A DNA stretch of 62,445 nt, counting the filler, from Dugesia japonica (Eukaryota), in assembly GCA_001938525.1 (NCBI GenBank). It is 6 parts of 6 records of this genome, joined end to end, with 100 filler letters (N's around TTAATTAATTAA, not from the genome) between each part and the next. Parts side by side here need not be neighbours in the genome. Positions count along the whole stretch, not along the records: positions 8,563 to 19,693 come from MQRL01398740.1; positions 19,794 to 31,389 come from MQRL01600125.1; 4 more parts are not named here. The stretch is one strand, 5' to 3'. The notes under the pieces are model-generated. The model did no database searches and was not told where the DNA came from. It saw nothing but the letters and a program-made list of their open reading frames with translations. A program made the position numbers and the translations under genes. The stretch's first letter is position 1. Each line of letters begins with the position of its first letter. Below, piece after piece: positions 10,790 to 24,549 of this stretch.

Positions 10790-12498
10790 TAAGCAATTCT
10801 TTCCGTGTAGTACAATATCTTTTCACGTGACTCGTCATTGCGTGTGACCCATATGCAATTACTCTTCATTGCCCATTGTTGTCCTTTTGAGATAGTATTA
10901 CTCCAATTGTATTGAAACTCGCATCCGTGTCCAAATTAAATCCTCTCTTTATACCTGGAAAACATAATATTGGAGAAATCATTACTTCTTCTTTCATTCT
11001 ATTAAAAAATTCATCTAATTCGTTTGCCCATTCAATTTTCTGGTTACTTGGTCCGCTACACAGTTGTTCCAGCAATCGAGCTTTTTTTGAATAATCTTTA
11101 ATAAACTGGCGATAGTAATTTCAAATTCTCAAAAAGCCTATCATCCTTTTAACGCATTTTGGTTAAACAACGTTCTGTATTGCATCTATTTTAGTTGGAT
11201 CTGTTTTGACACCTTCTTTAATGATAACGTGTTTCAAATATTTTATCTCTTTTGCATGAATTGAAATTTCTCTGGATTAACTCTTAAGCCAGCCTTCTTA
11301 ATTTCTGTTAATACTTTATTGATTATTCCATAATGTTGCTCCTTTTAATTTTCCGATTACTTTATTCATTATTTCCTGGGATGTAACTGGTGCTGCTGCA
11401 ATTCTAAAAGGCATTCTATTGAAACAAAATTGCCCTTGTTTAGTCGAAAAAGACGTTTTTTCTTGAGCATCTTCACTGAGTTCCACTTGATAATATGAAT
11501 TACATGAATTGTTTTTGACACATCTTTTGTTTGTTGTTCGCTTCTAAAATTGTATCTTCTCTCTTCTAGTCTAGGTTTACTAATGTTCGAATAAAATTCT
11601 TCTGTTCTGTGACCCGGTCTTTTATATCTACCGCATACAACTTCTGTGCTCACCATTCTGATATGACCAATCTTACTACACTCAAAACATTTTGGTGGTT
11701 TCTTGTCTGAGGAATTTCTACTTAAATGCCCTTTATTGTGACAAGTCCAACATTAAACATGAGAATTTTTCGGACACTCTCTTTTTGTATGCCCATAACT
11801 CTGGTATGTCTAACACTATGGTTCTGTTCTTTTTGAATTTCTCTCAATATTTTGTCTCCTTTCTCCACTACGTTCTCCGAAACGTTCTCCACGTGTTTCA
11901 CCAGCGTAACTTTTTACTACGTTAATAGGTTCTCTTCTTTCTATTTTTTCAACCGAAGATAACGTTTTTTTATGTCTTCTACTTTCTCCAATTTTCGCAT
12001 GATAATCTCTTCTTCTGCTTTTTTACTATTTGCACAAATTATTAGCATTGTTGATAAGAATTTTTCTTTCGTCAACTCTCCATTTGCTAAATATTTATCG
12101 ACCAAATCTTCCACTTTTTTAAAATACACCTCAAGTTCTTCATCACCACGTTGATAGCTTACAAGATTTTGTAAATCTATTATTTTGTCTCTCTTACTCT
12201 CAAAAACTAATCGCAATCTTTCTCGATATCCATCAGCTTTCTTCAATGTCTTCACATATGCTTCCATTAAATCTTCATGAAGCAAATATGTTACCTAACG
12301 TACCTGATATTTCTTAACAATGATGTTCTTTGGCTCAAAGTATATTTCATACCGTTTAATAAACTTTTCTAGATCATCGCCTCTGCAAAATATGTTTGGC
12401 AACATTTTTTCTGTGATTGCATCAGTGTTTACCACTGCCACCATGTTAGGAGAATTTGGAAAACTCCTCGAATCATTAACATCAAAATTCAATTCCAT
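10790..12498 (-). mobile_element. Ty3/Gypsy LTR retrotransposon remnant A (gag + RT end/RNase H connection; protease and most of RT deleted)
   Basis: gag-like ORFs 12295-12498 and 11941-12285; degenerate zinc knuckles (CFECSKIGH, CGRYKRPGH); PILCFP...LDTDASFNTIGVILSQKD. Confidence 0.85.
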
Positions 12499-13493
12499 AA
12501 AACTTATTTCAAATAAAAACTATATCCTTCATTGTTCGTTTAAACAAACAAATTAAAACTTCATGCTTTAATCGGAAATTATTTTCAAAATTTAAAAATT
12601 TATATTTAAATCTTAATTTAAATTAATTTGATAATTTTACAGAAAATAATTATTTTTTAATAACACATCATTTTAAAATTTTCATAAACTTTTAAAACAA
12701 AAATAAATGATCATTCGTATTAACAAATAATTTAAATAATTTTAGAAAATTTTAAAACTAAAAAAATTGATCATTTAAAATTTTCAAAACAAAATCCCTA
12801 TTAAATAATCATTTTAAAATTTTCTGTACTTTTAAAACAATATTAACATTTCCAAATATTTTAATTTCTTAATTAATTTGTGATTTTGAATTTTTTTTAA
12901 AAAAGATTTTTTAAAAAAATCTTCAACCAGAGCGAAAAACATTTTTACTCGCTTCTAAACTACTCACTATATATATCGATGAATCAGAAGTGATTTTGTT
13001 TATATTTTTGTAATTTAATAAATATTTGTATTAGAATGACTTTGTATTCTAACCTAACGTGGCAATCACACAGGCTTTAATAAACAGACTGTTACCAGAT
13101 TTATTTGAAGGAAGAATGAATCTAAAAACCTTCATTTTAGATTGCCGGAGATTTTTCGACATCGCAAATATTTACGAAAATTCAAGAGAATTAATCATCA
13201 AAACAATGATCAACATAGAATTAATTCCAATTTATGAAGCAGTTGAAATCAACATTTCTAGTTTTAAAGAAAGATTGAGAAAAGCATTTCAAAAGCCAAG
13301 TTCACTTATTAATGATCTTAAAAAATCATGGATTATCAAAAATGATCGACTACTGCGGAAAAATATTTTCAAGATATAAATCGTATGATGGAAAACGTTT
13401 TGCGACACAAATGGGACAAAAATGAACTAACGAAGTATTTTTTAATTCATTGCTTTGATGACAAAGAAATTCAGGAAGAAATAAAAATGAGAG

Positions 13494-13707
13494 TGTTAGT
13501 TACTGATAAACTTTCTGCAATGTCCATTAAATTCAATAAATTTTTATTTATTACACAAAATTTCAAATCTTCAAATCTTTCTAAAAACAATGTCTTTAAA
13601 AGCATAATATTTAAACAAATATTTTAAATATTTTTAAAAATTCTTGAAATCTTTTATAACATTTTCTTCAAAATTTAAATTGCGATTTTTAATTTTTAAT
13701 CCTTACA
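13494..13707 (-). repeat. 3' LTR of Gypsy element B (~214 bp)
   Basis: Bounded by TGT/ACA and adjacent to the PPT. Its terminal 17 bp (aatttttaatccttaca) recur at 17612-17628, the residue of a mostly deleted 5' LTR. Confidence 0.8.
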
Positions 13708-16700
13708 TCCCCCTCGATTAAAAGAATTTTTTAAGCTTTTCTACTTTTCTTTCTAACTCTTTTCCCTTTGTATTTCGTATACGATATCTTCTAAATGTAC
13801 CTTATCCGTGATCTTGTATGGACCAGCGTATCTTTCATGTCTTGTGTTTATAGTTTAATCAATACTTCGTCTTTCACTTGAAATTGTTTTTTTGTAGGTG
13901 TTTCTTCCATGAACTCTTTGTCATCTTTTTGGCTGTCAAACCATTGTTCTCTGTGAATTCTCCTACAGAATACTAATTTTGCTGGTGATATCCCCAATGT
14001 CTTTAACCTTGTCGCATCCATTATGTATTCACTCTCCGGTATCATGTTACTCCAATCCTTTTATTCTATCTTCATCTGCACCTGCGTTAATACAGTTTCT
14101 AATTGTGCGGAATTGTCTCTCTATAATTCCGTATGTATTGTGATGGTACGGATTTGAAAAGTGTATATTCATCGATTCCATCAGATTCTTGAATTTTTTC
14201 GATTCAAATGTCTTACCACTGTTTACGTGACTTTTCTTGGTGCTCCAAATCTCAGGATCCATTTTTCCATTATCACGTTTTTGATTGTCTCATCATCTTG
14301 CTTGCTGATTGCCGTTAGGCTTGCGTATCGATTGTATTGGTCTATTATTCCACATATATATCTTCGTCTGTTTACAGTCTGTCGAAAAGGCCCACATATT
14401 TCTATATATATCTTTTCAAATGGACAATTTGCGCCTAATTTTACTGTTGTCTCTTTTTTGGCCACCGTATTAACTTTGTTCTTTTGACACGCTTCACACT
14501 GTCTTATCACTTCTGTGATTGTCTTTTTCAGTACTTCCATGTCGTAGTTGCTGATTATGTTGCTGATCATTTTCTCTGTCCCTGCATGTATCAACAATGT
14601 ATGTATCTCTTTGATCACTGATATTCTTTTCTCTTTTGGAATCCAAATTTTCCCATCAATTGTTTTCACTATATTATTTTCAACTCTATACTTTGAATTC
14701 TTTCCTTCTTGAATATCTTGTTTAATTAGTTTGATTTCCTCTATTTTTTCTTGCCATTTAATACTATCTATCTTTATCGTCTGATTTATCTGTCTTGTTT
14801 TCATCTACACCATCTTTGGATCTTCGTGTTTAGATCTTCAAGTGCACGTTCCGCATTTCATTCTTGAGAGCATATCTGCGTTTGTGTGTTTTTCGCCTAG
14901 TCTATATATTAATTCCATGTCTAAGCTGCTAAGGTAATTCATCCATGTCTGGAATTGAGGTGTTGTCGGTTTGTTTGTCTTTTTTATGAATACGATGGTT
15001 TTGTGATCTGTTGTCGTTATGAATTTTTTTCCATATAAATAATGTTTAAAGCGGTTGCAGAAGTAGTAGATTGCTAGTAATTTCTTCCGTGTGATACAGT
15101 AACCCTTCTTATGTGATGTCATTGCATGTGAGCCAAAAGCAATAACTCTTTATCTTCCATCATCATCATTTTGTGATAGGACCCTCCTATTGCGTCGAAG
15201 TTAACGTCAGTATCTAAAATAAATGTCTTCTTTATATCAGGAAATCCTAAAATAAGTGCTTCTATCAGTGCTTGTTTCATTTCTGCAAAAGCTTTCTCAC
15301 ATCCATCTGACAATATTAGCTTCATGCTGTTACTTTCACATAATTCGTCTAGGGCTCTTGGTTTCTTTGAGAAATTCTTGATGAATCTTCTGTAATAATT
15401 GCATGTTCCGAGGAAGCTTCTCAGGTTATTTACACATTTGGGTTTCTCAAAGTTTTTGGTAGCTTTGATTTTCATTGGATCTGTTCGAATTCCTTCTTTA
15501 TTTATTATGTGGTCAAGAAATTTCACTTCTTTGCGTAATAGGTGACATTTTTCTGGATTCACTCGCAACCATGCCTTTTAGATCCGCTCTAATATCTGAC
15601 CCAGAGTTATATAATGTTCTTTTAGTCCTTCTGAGAATATCATTATGTCATTCATTTACAACATTGCTCCATCTAGACCGTCCAATACTTTTGTCATTAG
15701 CTCTTCAAATGTTCCTGGGGCTGCTGCTAAGCTGAATGGAAATCTTGAGAAACAATATTGACCATTTTTTGTCTAAAAGGCTGTTTTCTGTTGACTCTTT
15801 TTCTAACGGTACCTAGTAATACGCGTTTCCCTAGTCTATGGTACTGCAATATTTAGCTCCGTACAAATTTCCAAACATTTCTTCTACGTTTGGCATCAGG
15901 AAAGCTTGTCGTTCCGTTACTGTATTTAGTTTTCTGAAGTCCAAGGAAAGTCTCACATCCTTTCTTTCTTTCTTCTAGACGCATATCAGTGGTGTGTTCT
16001 ACTGCGAATTACATTTTATTATATTATTAGCGTTCGCTAAATTATTTATAGCTGTATCTATTTTTCTTCTAGATTCAATGTTTGTCTCCAAGGCTTCGTA
16101 TTTATTAGGTTACCCTTTGTCACTATCTTGAGATCCGCCAACGTTGTGCATCCGACATCCCAGTTATCTGCCATGAAACTCCTCCATGTTTTAAATTACT
16201 TTTTACAGTTTTTCGTCTCGTTTGTCATCAAAATTTTCAGAGCTCTCTGTTCTCTTTCAGAATCCTCGATTTTAAGACCAAGCCTTGCATCTATGTTGCA
16301 GATCCACTGTTCATCCTCACAATCCTTTGTTTCTTTCGTTAAACGGTATCCAAACTGGCATTGCATGTCTATTCCTGTGACAAGATTCGGACTCATTTCT
16401 TTTACTACGGTGAATTGTACTATTTTCTTATTGTTTCCGATCTGCACTTCTACATATGTCTTACTAGCAATGTTCATTCTGCTATTATTTGCACATTTTA
16501 ACACGTCATCAGTTCCTATCAGCTCTACATTTGCCAGACTTCTAAAAATATTGAGGCTCATCACGTTCATCTTTGCACCTGTATCCAAAAGGCAGTCCAT
16601 ATATTTTCCTTGAATTCTAACTTCCACACTGGGCCTACCTTTCATTCTATCATAATTTTACTTGTTTATTCTCTTCTAATACCATTATTTCGTTATCACT

Positions 16701-17628
16701 ATTTTTCGTTTCTTTCATTATATTGATATCTGCATTATACATATCTTTGAAATCTTTCTTTAAAAAGGCATAAACTTTACTGTTGACTCTCTCCTCTTTA
16801 GTTTCATCTTTTAAACTATTATTTAAACTACTTTTACTATAAATATGTATATTGCGATCTGGATTGTTTTTCAGTTCATTGCTCTAATCATCTCGACTTT
16901 TGGATGGAGCTTGTCTGTTTGAGGTCTCTTCTTTATAGCTGTTTGTCTCCTCGTCATAATAATAAATATTATCTCCTCTCTTTATGCACTCTTCATCCTT
17001 TTCTACCATTGCGTTTACATATCTAATGCCGTTTCTTTTCCTGAATCCATTATTAACTTATGTCTTCCCACTCGGTTTTGGATATCTGGTTTTTTCGTCA
17101 TATTTTCTGTTTGTTTCCTCTCTTTGGTTGTATTGTGCTGCTTCGTTTCTTTGTTCGTTATTCTGTTGTCTTCTATCATTAGTCCACACACCTCTTTTCT
17201 CTAAACTAATATAACATTGTTCTGTATGATGTCTAATTTTTCCACATCTTGAACATCTAATTTTGTCACAATTCCTTCTTATATTATTCTCTGATCCCCA
17301 TGCGTAACACATTTTTTTCTTTTCTGGACAATTTCTGCTGATATGATCTATCTTCTGACATGACCAAAATGTAATTTCTTCTTTATCTTCACTTTGAGTT
17401 CAGTTAACTCCTAAGAAACGTTCTTTTGTCATGTCTCTTTTTACTGCATCGCTGTAACTCTCCACCGTATTTATATTGTCTGTTTCTTTCAGGTCCTCCT
17501 TTAGTTCATTATTTATTTTTATTGTTTCAAATATCTCTTCCGAGTTAACTAGTTTGCCTCTTTAAATCTTTATTTTCATTTTTTTAACTATTGAATATGA
17601 ATTCTTTTGCCAATTTTTAATCCTTACA
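13494..17628 (-). mobile_element. Ty3/Gypsy element B, near-complete but frameshifted, inserted into element C with a 5-bp TSD GAGAG
   Basis: TGT...ACA termini flanked by GAGAG (13489-13493 and 17629-17633). Domains: gag knuckles 17058-17360, protease LLDTGA (16196-16645), RT (~15570-16130), RNase H (14838-15568), integrase HAGTEK...CEAC...KWILRFGAP (13730-14804). PPT at 13708-13716. Confidence 0.92.
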
Positions 17629-19693
17629 GAGAGAATTAACAGATGTGCCAGAAAATGAAAAATTTATTAAAAAGATGGATAATATTATGATGGATGAAGA
17701 AGTTGCACTAGTAAAGCGACTTACATTTCCAGGCGTGGATAGAGCTGAGAAAAAATTAAAAGATCATCAAAATAAAAATATGAAACTCGCTCATGTGAGG
17801 AAACATCAAGTGCCTTGAGTTAAGAAAATTATGTGTTGGACATTCGGATATGAAAGCCATTTTTCACGACAATGTAGAATGGTGCCAAATATAAGATGCT
17901 ATGCCTGTAATGAAGAAGAAAATATTCCAAGAAATTTTCAGAAAGTCAATTGATATAACTGTCATCGATAAGGCCATTTAGAAAAACAGTGTTATTTCAA
18001 AAATGATTTTCAAAGATATCAATTCAGAAATAGATCCAATACAAAAATTCAATGACATAATGGAAATGGTAATCAATATAATCTGTATGGTAACAGAGAA
18101 AATAGAAATAAAAATATAAATTATGGTAAGTATCCGCGAAATTTAATTTGAAGAGTGTACAAGAATTCAGTGGATAGCAATAGACAAAGCCGAGTAGCAG
18201 TTGTAGATGATGATTTCTCGGATGATCAAGAAGATGCGTTCAGACTAAATAACCCAAAAGAAGAGATGATTGGAGCCATGGAATAAAAGGTGGGATTTAT
18301 TTTGACACAAATTATTCATATTATAATAGATGTAGCTATTATACGTATTATATAAGTAAATTTGATAAAAGTAATATTAATAATAAAAAATTTAATAATA
18401 TTAAATATTTTGATAAGGAAATTTTGATAATTAAGGATAATGATAGATAATGATAAAAGTTTTAATAATTCTAATAATAGGAAGTTAAATGAAAATAATT
18501 ATTTTGATAATTGATATGTTTTTTTTGAAAGTAATTTAGATAATGATAGAATATTTAATGATTGTAATTTTAATACCAAAAAATTAACTAAAATGAATTA
18601 TTTTGATAAAGAAAATTTTATAATAAAGAATAATACTTAAATATTGATATTGATAAAGTAGAAGATATTATAAGAGCAAAAGATAATAAAATATGGATAC
18701 CAGAAATTAAGAGAGCTGAATATATTAAAAAAAAACTCATGTTATTTTGTGTCATGTTAGATGTGAAAAAGTGAAATCATATATTAAAAATCATTTTGAT
18801 ATAAAATATTTGGCAAGCTTTGTTAAAGAAATTATTGATGGATGTGAAGCAAGTCAAAAACTAAAAATTATTACAACTAGAACGAAAGAGAACATAATCT
18901 CAGAAACATCTTCAAGACCGTTTGAGAATATTTATATTGATACTTGTAAACCATTAAGATTAACTTGGCATCAATAAAATATATATTAGCAATTATAGAT
19001 CATTTTAGTAGGTATATTTCATTAGCAACAATCGCTAAACAAGATGAAAATACTATAACTGATACTTAAGTTAATAAATGGATTCTAAAATATGGTGCAC
19101 CTCGTAAAATACATTTAGATTGCGGAAACGTTTCGAATCAAAGATGATGGAAAAATATGATGATAAATATAAGATACAGTAGTTTATTCTAGTCCATATT
19201 ACCACAGGGCTAATGGATTAATTGAAAACGAAAATTTAGAACAATTAAAGATCGTATAAATACTTCCGTATCGAATAATAATAACAAAAATTGAGCATAT
19301 TTGATTCCAGAAATAAAATTTTCCATGAATACTTCAACTCAAAAAACAACGAAAAAGAGTCCAACCGAAGTGATTATTGGTTTTAAAATAAACAGAACAG
19401 AATGGCATAAAACTGATAAAATGCAAGTTAAAAATGCTATTACAGAAGAAATAATAGATAATAATAAAAACTCAGTTGAACATCATTCGAGTATTAGAAC
19501 ATTTTGCAGTTGGTGAAAATAGATAATTGACATAAAAATGAAGAAAGATATCGTGGACAGTATAAAGTGACGAAAAGATTACATGAACGAAGTTATGAAA
19601 TTACAGATATAAAGGGTAGAAAATTTAAAAAAGAAATGTTGAATTGCTCAAAAGTTTTAGAGAAGGGGGATATTAGAGATATCATTAATTAAC

Positions 19694-19793
19694 NNNNNNN
19701 NNNNNNNNNNNNNNNNNNNNNNNNNNNNNNNNNNNNNTTAATTAATTAANNNNNNNNNNNNNNNNNNNNNNNNNNNNNNNNNNNNNNNNNNNN
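19694..19793. other. Artificial scaffold-joining linker
   Basis: 44N-TTAATTAATTAA-44N. Confidence 0.97.
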
Positions 19794-19889
19794 GTTATTC
19801 GAAAACGAGATTTCGGGTCTTTTAGCTATTTAGTTGATGGTTTTTCCCTATACGAAATTGTTCAATTGAGTCCTTTTGATTGTTATTAT

Positions 19890-20210
19890 AAAAATCAAAA
19901 TATGACTGTTTTATTATAATTATTATGAATCAAAATTTATCTGTTTAAATTTTATAAGAATCAAAATAAACAGTTTAAAATTAATACAAATTAAAATTTA
20001 TTCAATTTGAAATTAAAATGAATTAAAATTTAACAGCTTTAAATTAATATGAATCAAAGTTTATCGGTTTATAATTAATTTGAATCAAAATTATCAATAT
20101 AAATTTAATATGAATTAAATTTTATCTACTCAAAATTAATACGAATCAAAATTAAACAGTTTAAAATTAATATAAATTAAAATTTAAAATTGATCAGTTA
20201 GAATTAATGT
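19890..20210. repeat. AT-rich minisatellite, ~30-bp unit (aaattaatatgaatcaaaatttatcagttt)
   Basis: About 10 diverged tandem copies. Confidence 0.7.
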
Positions 20211-21169
20211 TTTTAAAATTGATTTTTGTTATATCATATTAATTAAAATGCCAAAAATTATTTATTATAAAATAATTTTGTTTAAACATATTAATTAAAT
20301 ATGGCTTGAGTGGAATAATTTCTTATTATTTCGTCATTTTTACAATATCAAGTAAGATTTTTTTATTTAATTTGCTATATTATTAATTTCATTTTAGATT
20401 ATTTAGGAAAACTTATTATGATTAGCGATATATATAATATGGAAATTTATTGTGATCGATGTCATGAAATTTGATAAATTATGAAAATAAATAAGAATTT
20501 ATTTTTATTTAAATTAAAGGGTAATGTTTTTCTTAAATGATTTAACTTAATGAATTTTTAGTAATGCTTTTCTTTAATGATAATAAGTAATGATTTTCCG
20601 TTATGATTTAAATTAAAGATTTATTTAATAACAGTTGACTTTGAATTCTTTACAATTTTGTGGATCTTAGTCTAGCCAAATATTGGCGTTGACGACTAAC
20701 GGTTTTTATTTTATAAAAGTTATACAGTTGTAGCAATGTATATTTAAGACCAGATGTGAACGGTTAGAAGCATTGCTGCCAGAGATTCATATACTTTAAT
20801 CGAGCTTAGTATAGTTAAAAAAATACAAGCTCGTCGATAAGTTCATTTATAAACGGACTCGATTGGATGCTAACGGACCTAGAAAGATTTTCTCCGTCGG
20901 ACTGTACATGTCGGAAGAGGTAATGTAATGGTAAGTAATTCGAACAAAACCTATATTGAAACAATGTATGGAAATAATTTAAATACTTTTATTGATAATA
21001 AGTTTACTTAGAATACGGATATCATTAATTATACTTAGCCAAAATAATTTTACTTAAACATATAATATTAATGAGTCAAGATCATCTAACGTCGGAGCAT
21101 CTAATAGAATGAACCCTGGAAGAACTAATAATATGAACCATTGAACATATATTAGTATGAAACCTGACC

Positions 21170-21350
21170 AATTAATGTTAAATATTTCCTGGGGAATAAT
21201 TAATATCAATATTGCCCGGGGAATATTTAATATTATTACAGCCCGGATAATATTGAATATTATTATTGTCCGGAGAATATTTTATGTTAATATTACCCAG
21301 GGAGCATAAATAAAATGTTAATATTATCAGGCGCCACTAATGTTAACATG
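21170..21350. repeat. Minisatellite, ~27-bp unit (gcccggggaatatttaatattatta)
   Basis: Recurring ccgg/ccag cores with ~27-bp spacing. Confidence 0.6.
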
Positions 21351-22658
21351 ACTTAAGCGAAAATTACTTTAAAAATCATTAATTTTACTTAATTTCTTTA
21401 CAAAATATTAATTTCACTTAACTTAAACAAGAAATCATTAATTTAAACAAACAATAAACTTTACTTAATTAAAACGAAATAAATAAATAATTGAACGTAA
21501 TTAAAAAAAAATAATAATAAATCATTTAAATTCATCAATTAAATCAAAAAATAAATTTAAAAAATCGACCAATCACAATGCTTAACTTCATTCACAATTG
21601 ACCTTAAAAAAAGGGAAGGGTACTGGTACCGTGCTGACCTATCTTAAAAAATGGACTAATCAAAACGCTGGAAACATTTTAAATCGCTTAAAATCGGTCA
21701 CATTAATAAAAACGGGGAGGTGTACTGTGTTTATTCTGACCTATCAGTTTACTTTTAGCTAATTTTAGAAATTCGAAAATTTTTACTATTTTTAAAATTT
21801 AATACCATAAAGTATTTATTAAAATGAATTTTTATTAGTTTAAATTTTTAAATGTAATTTTGAAATTTAATTGTAAAGCTTTATAAAAATATTTATTTAC
21901 AAAAGTTTTTAAATGTAGATATTTAGTGAAAAGTTTAATAATTCGATTTTATCGTTTTATTTTTAAATTATTTTAAATTCGAAAGTTTTATATTTGTAAA
22001 ATATATTTTTAATAAATATAATAAATTCGTTTAAGTTTATTATTATTTAAAAATATAAATTGAGAAAGGCACGTGTTGAAAGAAGCGTTCAATAAGCAAG
22101 AAGAATTTCAAAGAAGAATTATTTGTATTTTAAATAGTGTTGAATCCAAAGTCTTATTTTAGTTGATTTAAATGAGGATTACAAATAAAACTAACAATTA
22201 CCCTTTTATTTGTTTCTTTCTCTGCTTTTCATGTTACCCGAGGCTGTTTCAGCCCAACAAAATCGAAGGAGAATCAGAAGTCATCTGGAAGACTACTCAC
22301 TCGAATAGAGGTTGCACCGAAACAAATTCTTTCACTATTGGAGAAGGATACCAGCGTCTATCTTAATCTTATTGTTATTCAGTGAATATATTTTTCAAAT
22401 ACCACTTGCGTGTTTTATCAAACAACTTCTTAAATTTCTTTTTATTCACTAATGTTTCAAGTTAAAATCACCTCGGTAGTCTACTTCTATTAGTAAATTA
22501 TATGTTACAAGTCACGAAAAATGATTCTCTGTTGATTATTCATTAATTATAAATATGATTATCTACAATAATCTAATTCTATTCAGTGTCTAGTGAAAAA
22601 GTTAACTCACCAGCAACCTCAATAGCCAACCTATGGAAAGTGGTGTTTACTCCAGAAA

Positions 22659-22919
22659 ATGATACAAGCTGAAATTGCATCTCTTCAACAGAAGAATATA
22701 AAGTTCCGGATGTGGAATACCCAGTTGAAAGAGCGGGACTTATCACTGTCACAGTCCAGCAGAATGAAAGCTGACATCATAAAAAGATATGCAGATCGTG
22801 AAAGTGCCTTGATAGCAACGGTTCGTAACCTAAGCCAGGTCTCCCGGGCAGAAAGCCATGTATCGAGAGAAAACCAGAAAGAAATCATCAATATTGACAA
22901 CTTGTTTTATTGCGAATAA
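22659..22919 (+). CDS. Small predicted coiled-coil protein or terminal exon, unknown family (ADIIK.YADRE motif)
   Basis: Open 86-aa frame whose stop overlaps AATAAA. A homologous degraded copy lies at 43696-43925 on another scaffold. Confidence 0.45.
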   Translation: MIQAEIASLQQKNIKFRMWNTQLKERDLSLSQSSRMKADIIKRYADRESALIATVRNLSQVSRAESHVSRENQKEIINIDNLFYCE

Positions 22920-24549
22920 ATCTTTAGTCATGTAAAATGTATTCTTAAATTTCTTTATCTGGTTAACAGGAAAATAAATGAAATACAAAAATAAATAAAA
23001 TTCAACAATTTCGAATTTATAAAATCATTTCAAACTAAAATAAAGCAGTCGATTGTAAATTGTAACAATTTTTTTTAAAAATAAAAATTCGAAAATAGTA
23101 TTTACGTTTTTATTCTGAATTTACATCAATAAAATTAAATCAAAAGTTAAACAAACACTCTTCAAACATCGAATACACTAAAATTTTTCATTAAAGCTTA
23201 TCCAAGAAATAGTCGTTTGATAAATTTAAACATGTTCTAATCCTATGATCATTTCGCTGACGTTCGTTTTATCAAAAGTTGTATCATTTTTCATGGTGTA
23301 AAACAATCTGGTACATCAGACTTTTTAATAATCAAAATTTCACCACAAATATTGATTACCAAAATCGGTACTTTAAAATTTCAATATATTTTTTCCTGTA
23401 ACATTAAAGACAATACGTTATCATATATATTGCTTGGTAGAATTGACTAAACAAATCGATCTACAAAATTTTTATTTGGATCAAATATAGTTACTCAAAA
23501 AAACTTCAAAAATTAAAGTAAACACAAATTTAATTATTATTATCTTAGTTGAAAGTCATTTGTGACTTAAGTGAAAATTTTGATTTAGTTATTAATAACT
23601 GCATTTTAAAAAAATTACCATTTACTTTGATATAAATTTTTATACTAGTTCTTTAAATTTTACACCAAAAATCTAAAATTGATGACAATACAAATAAAAC
23701 TTCAGACAAACATCAATGATAATCTAGTAAAAAAATATATTTAACAAATTGATTTTTCAAGCGATAAAAATTATTTAAACTTTTTATTTAAAATGAATAT
23801 TAAAACAAACTGAAATGCAAATTACAAATAATAGTTATAGTATCAAACAATAGCATCATTAAACCAGTTTACTTTTCACGCCACCAATTGAGAAAACTTT
23901 CAAAGAGCAATATCTTATTTATTCAAAATGGATGTACTTTTACATTTCCATTGTATAAATTATTGACGAGTTATTTTTTAATCATGTATATCAAAATTTT
24001 CGGTTTAATTTCCTTATTATAAATAGTGTATTTTTGTAAAAACAAGCTTAGGTCATATTATTTTACAAATCCACGTGTTTATGTAATAAATATACTCATA
24101 TCATATTTATAAAAAATACATTTATTGTAGAATATATTACAAGTTCCTATTTTTAAAAATTACTAAAACGTTACGTNTTAAAGGTATATTATTAAAATCT
24201 ATATTGTGTTTAAATGTTTTCAATTTTGAAAATTTTGAAGTATATTTCCTGCTAATATTTTATTATTTTAAGAAATGAATTATGTTTAAATATTATGAAT
24301 TAACCTTCTTTTTCAACTTTTGTAAAAATCAACCCAACTTATAGTAATAAATAAATTTTAGATGAAACATTTTGAGAGTGTTTAATTCACGAATAAAAAT
24401 AAACCAGTTAAACTTATTGTGGTGAAACAAACGCAATCAGATCTGATAAGAAGAATAGAACAGTTTTGATTCCGACTATTGAGAGAAGTAAAAAGAAGCG
24501 GGATATGAATGCAGTTCAACGGATGAAGAAAGTGTACAAAGAGTATTAA

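Larger units (their letters stand above)
13036..19693 (+). mobile_element. Ty3/Gypsy remnant C (gag 13036-13493 and 17634-18290; integrase 18670-19670), split by insertion of element B
   Basis: gag LLPDLFEG...EEIKMR resumes in frame as ELTDVPENEK after the insertion. CCHC remnants, integrase motifs (CHVRCEK, CEASQK, PFENIYID, SPYYHRANG) and a polypurine tract gagaaggggga at ~19660 are visible. Confidence 0.85.

Noticed and set aside
14161-17214. Plus-strand ORFs 14161-14487, 15475-15735, 16128-16613 and 16984-17214 (and 35626-36755)
   Set aside because: They are antisense shadows of Gypsy gag/pol sequence.
23170-23370. Possible BTB/T1 domain remnant (ILVINICGE..., NDYFLDK) on the minus strand
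   Set aside because: Only two short motifs in different frames with stops, which is not enough support.
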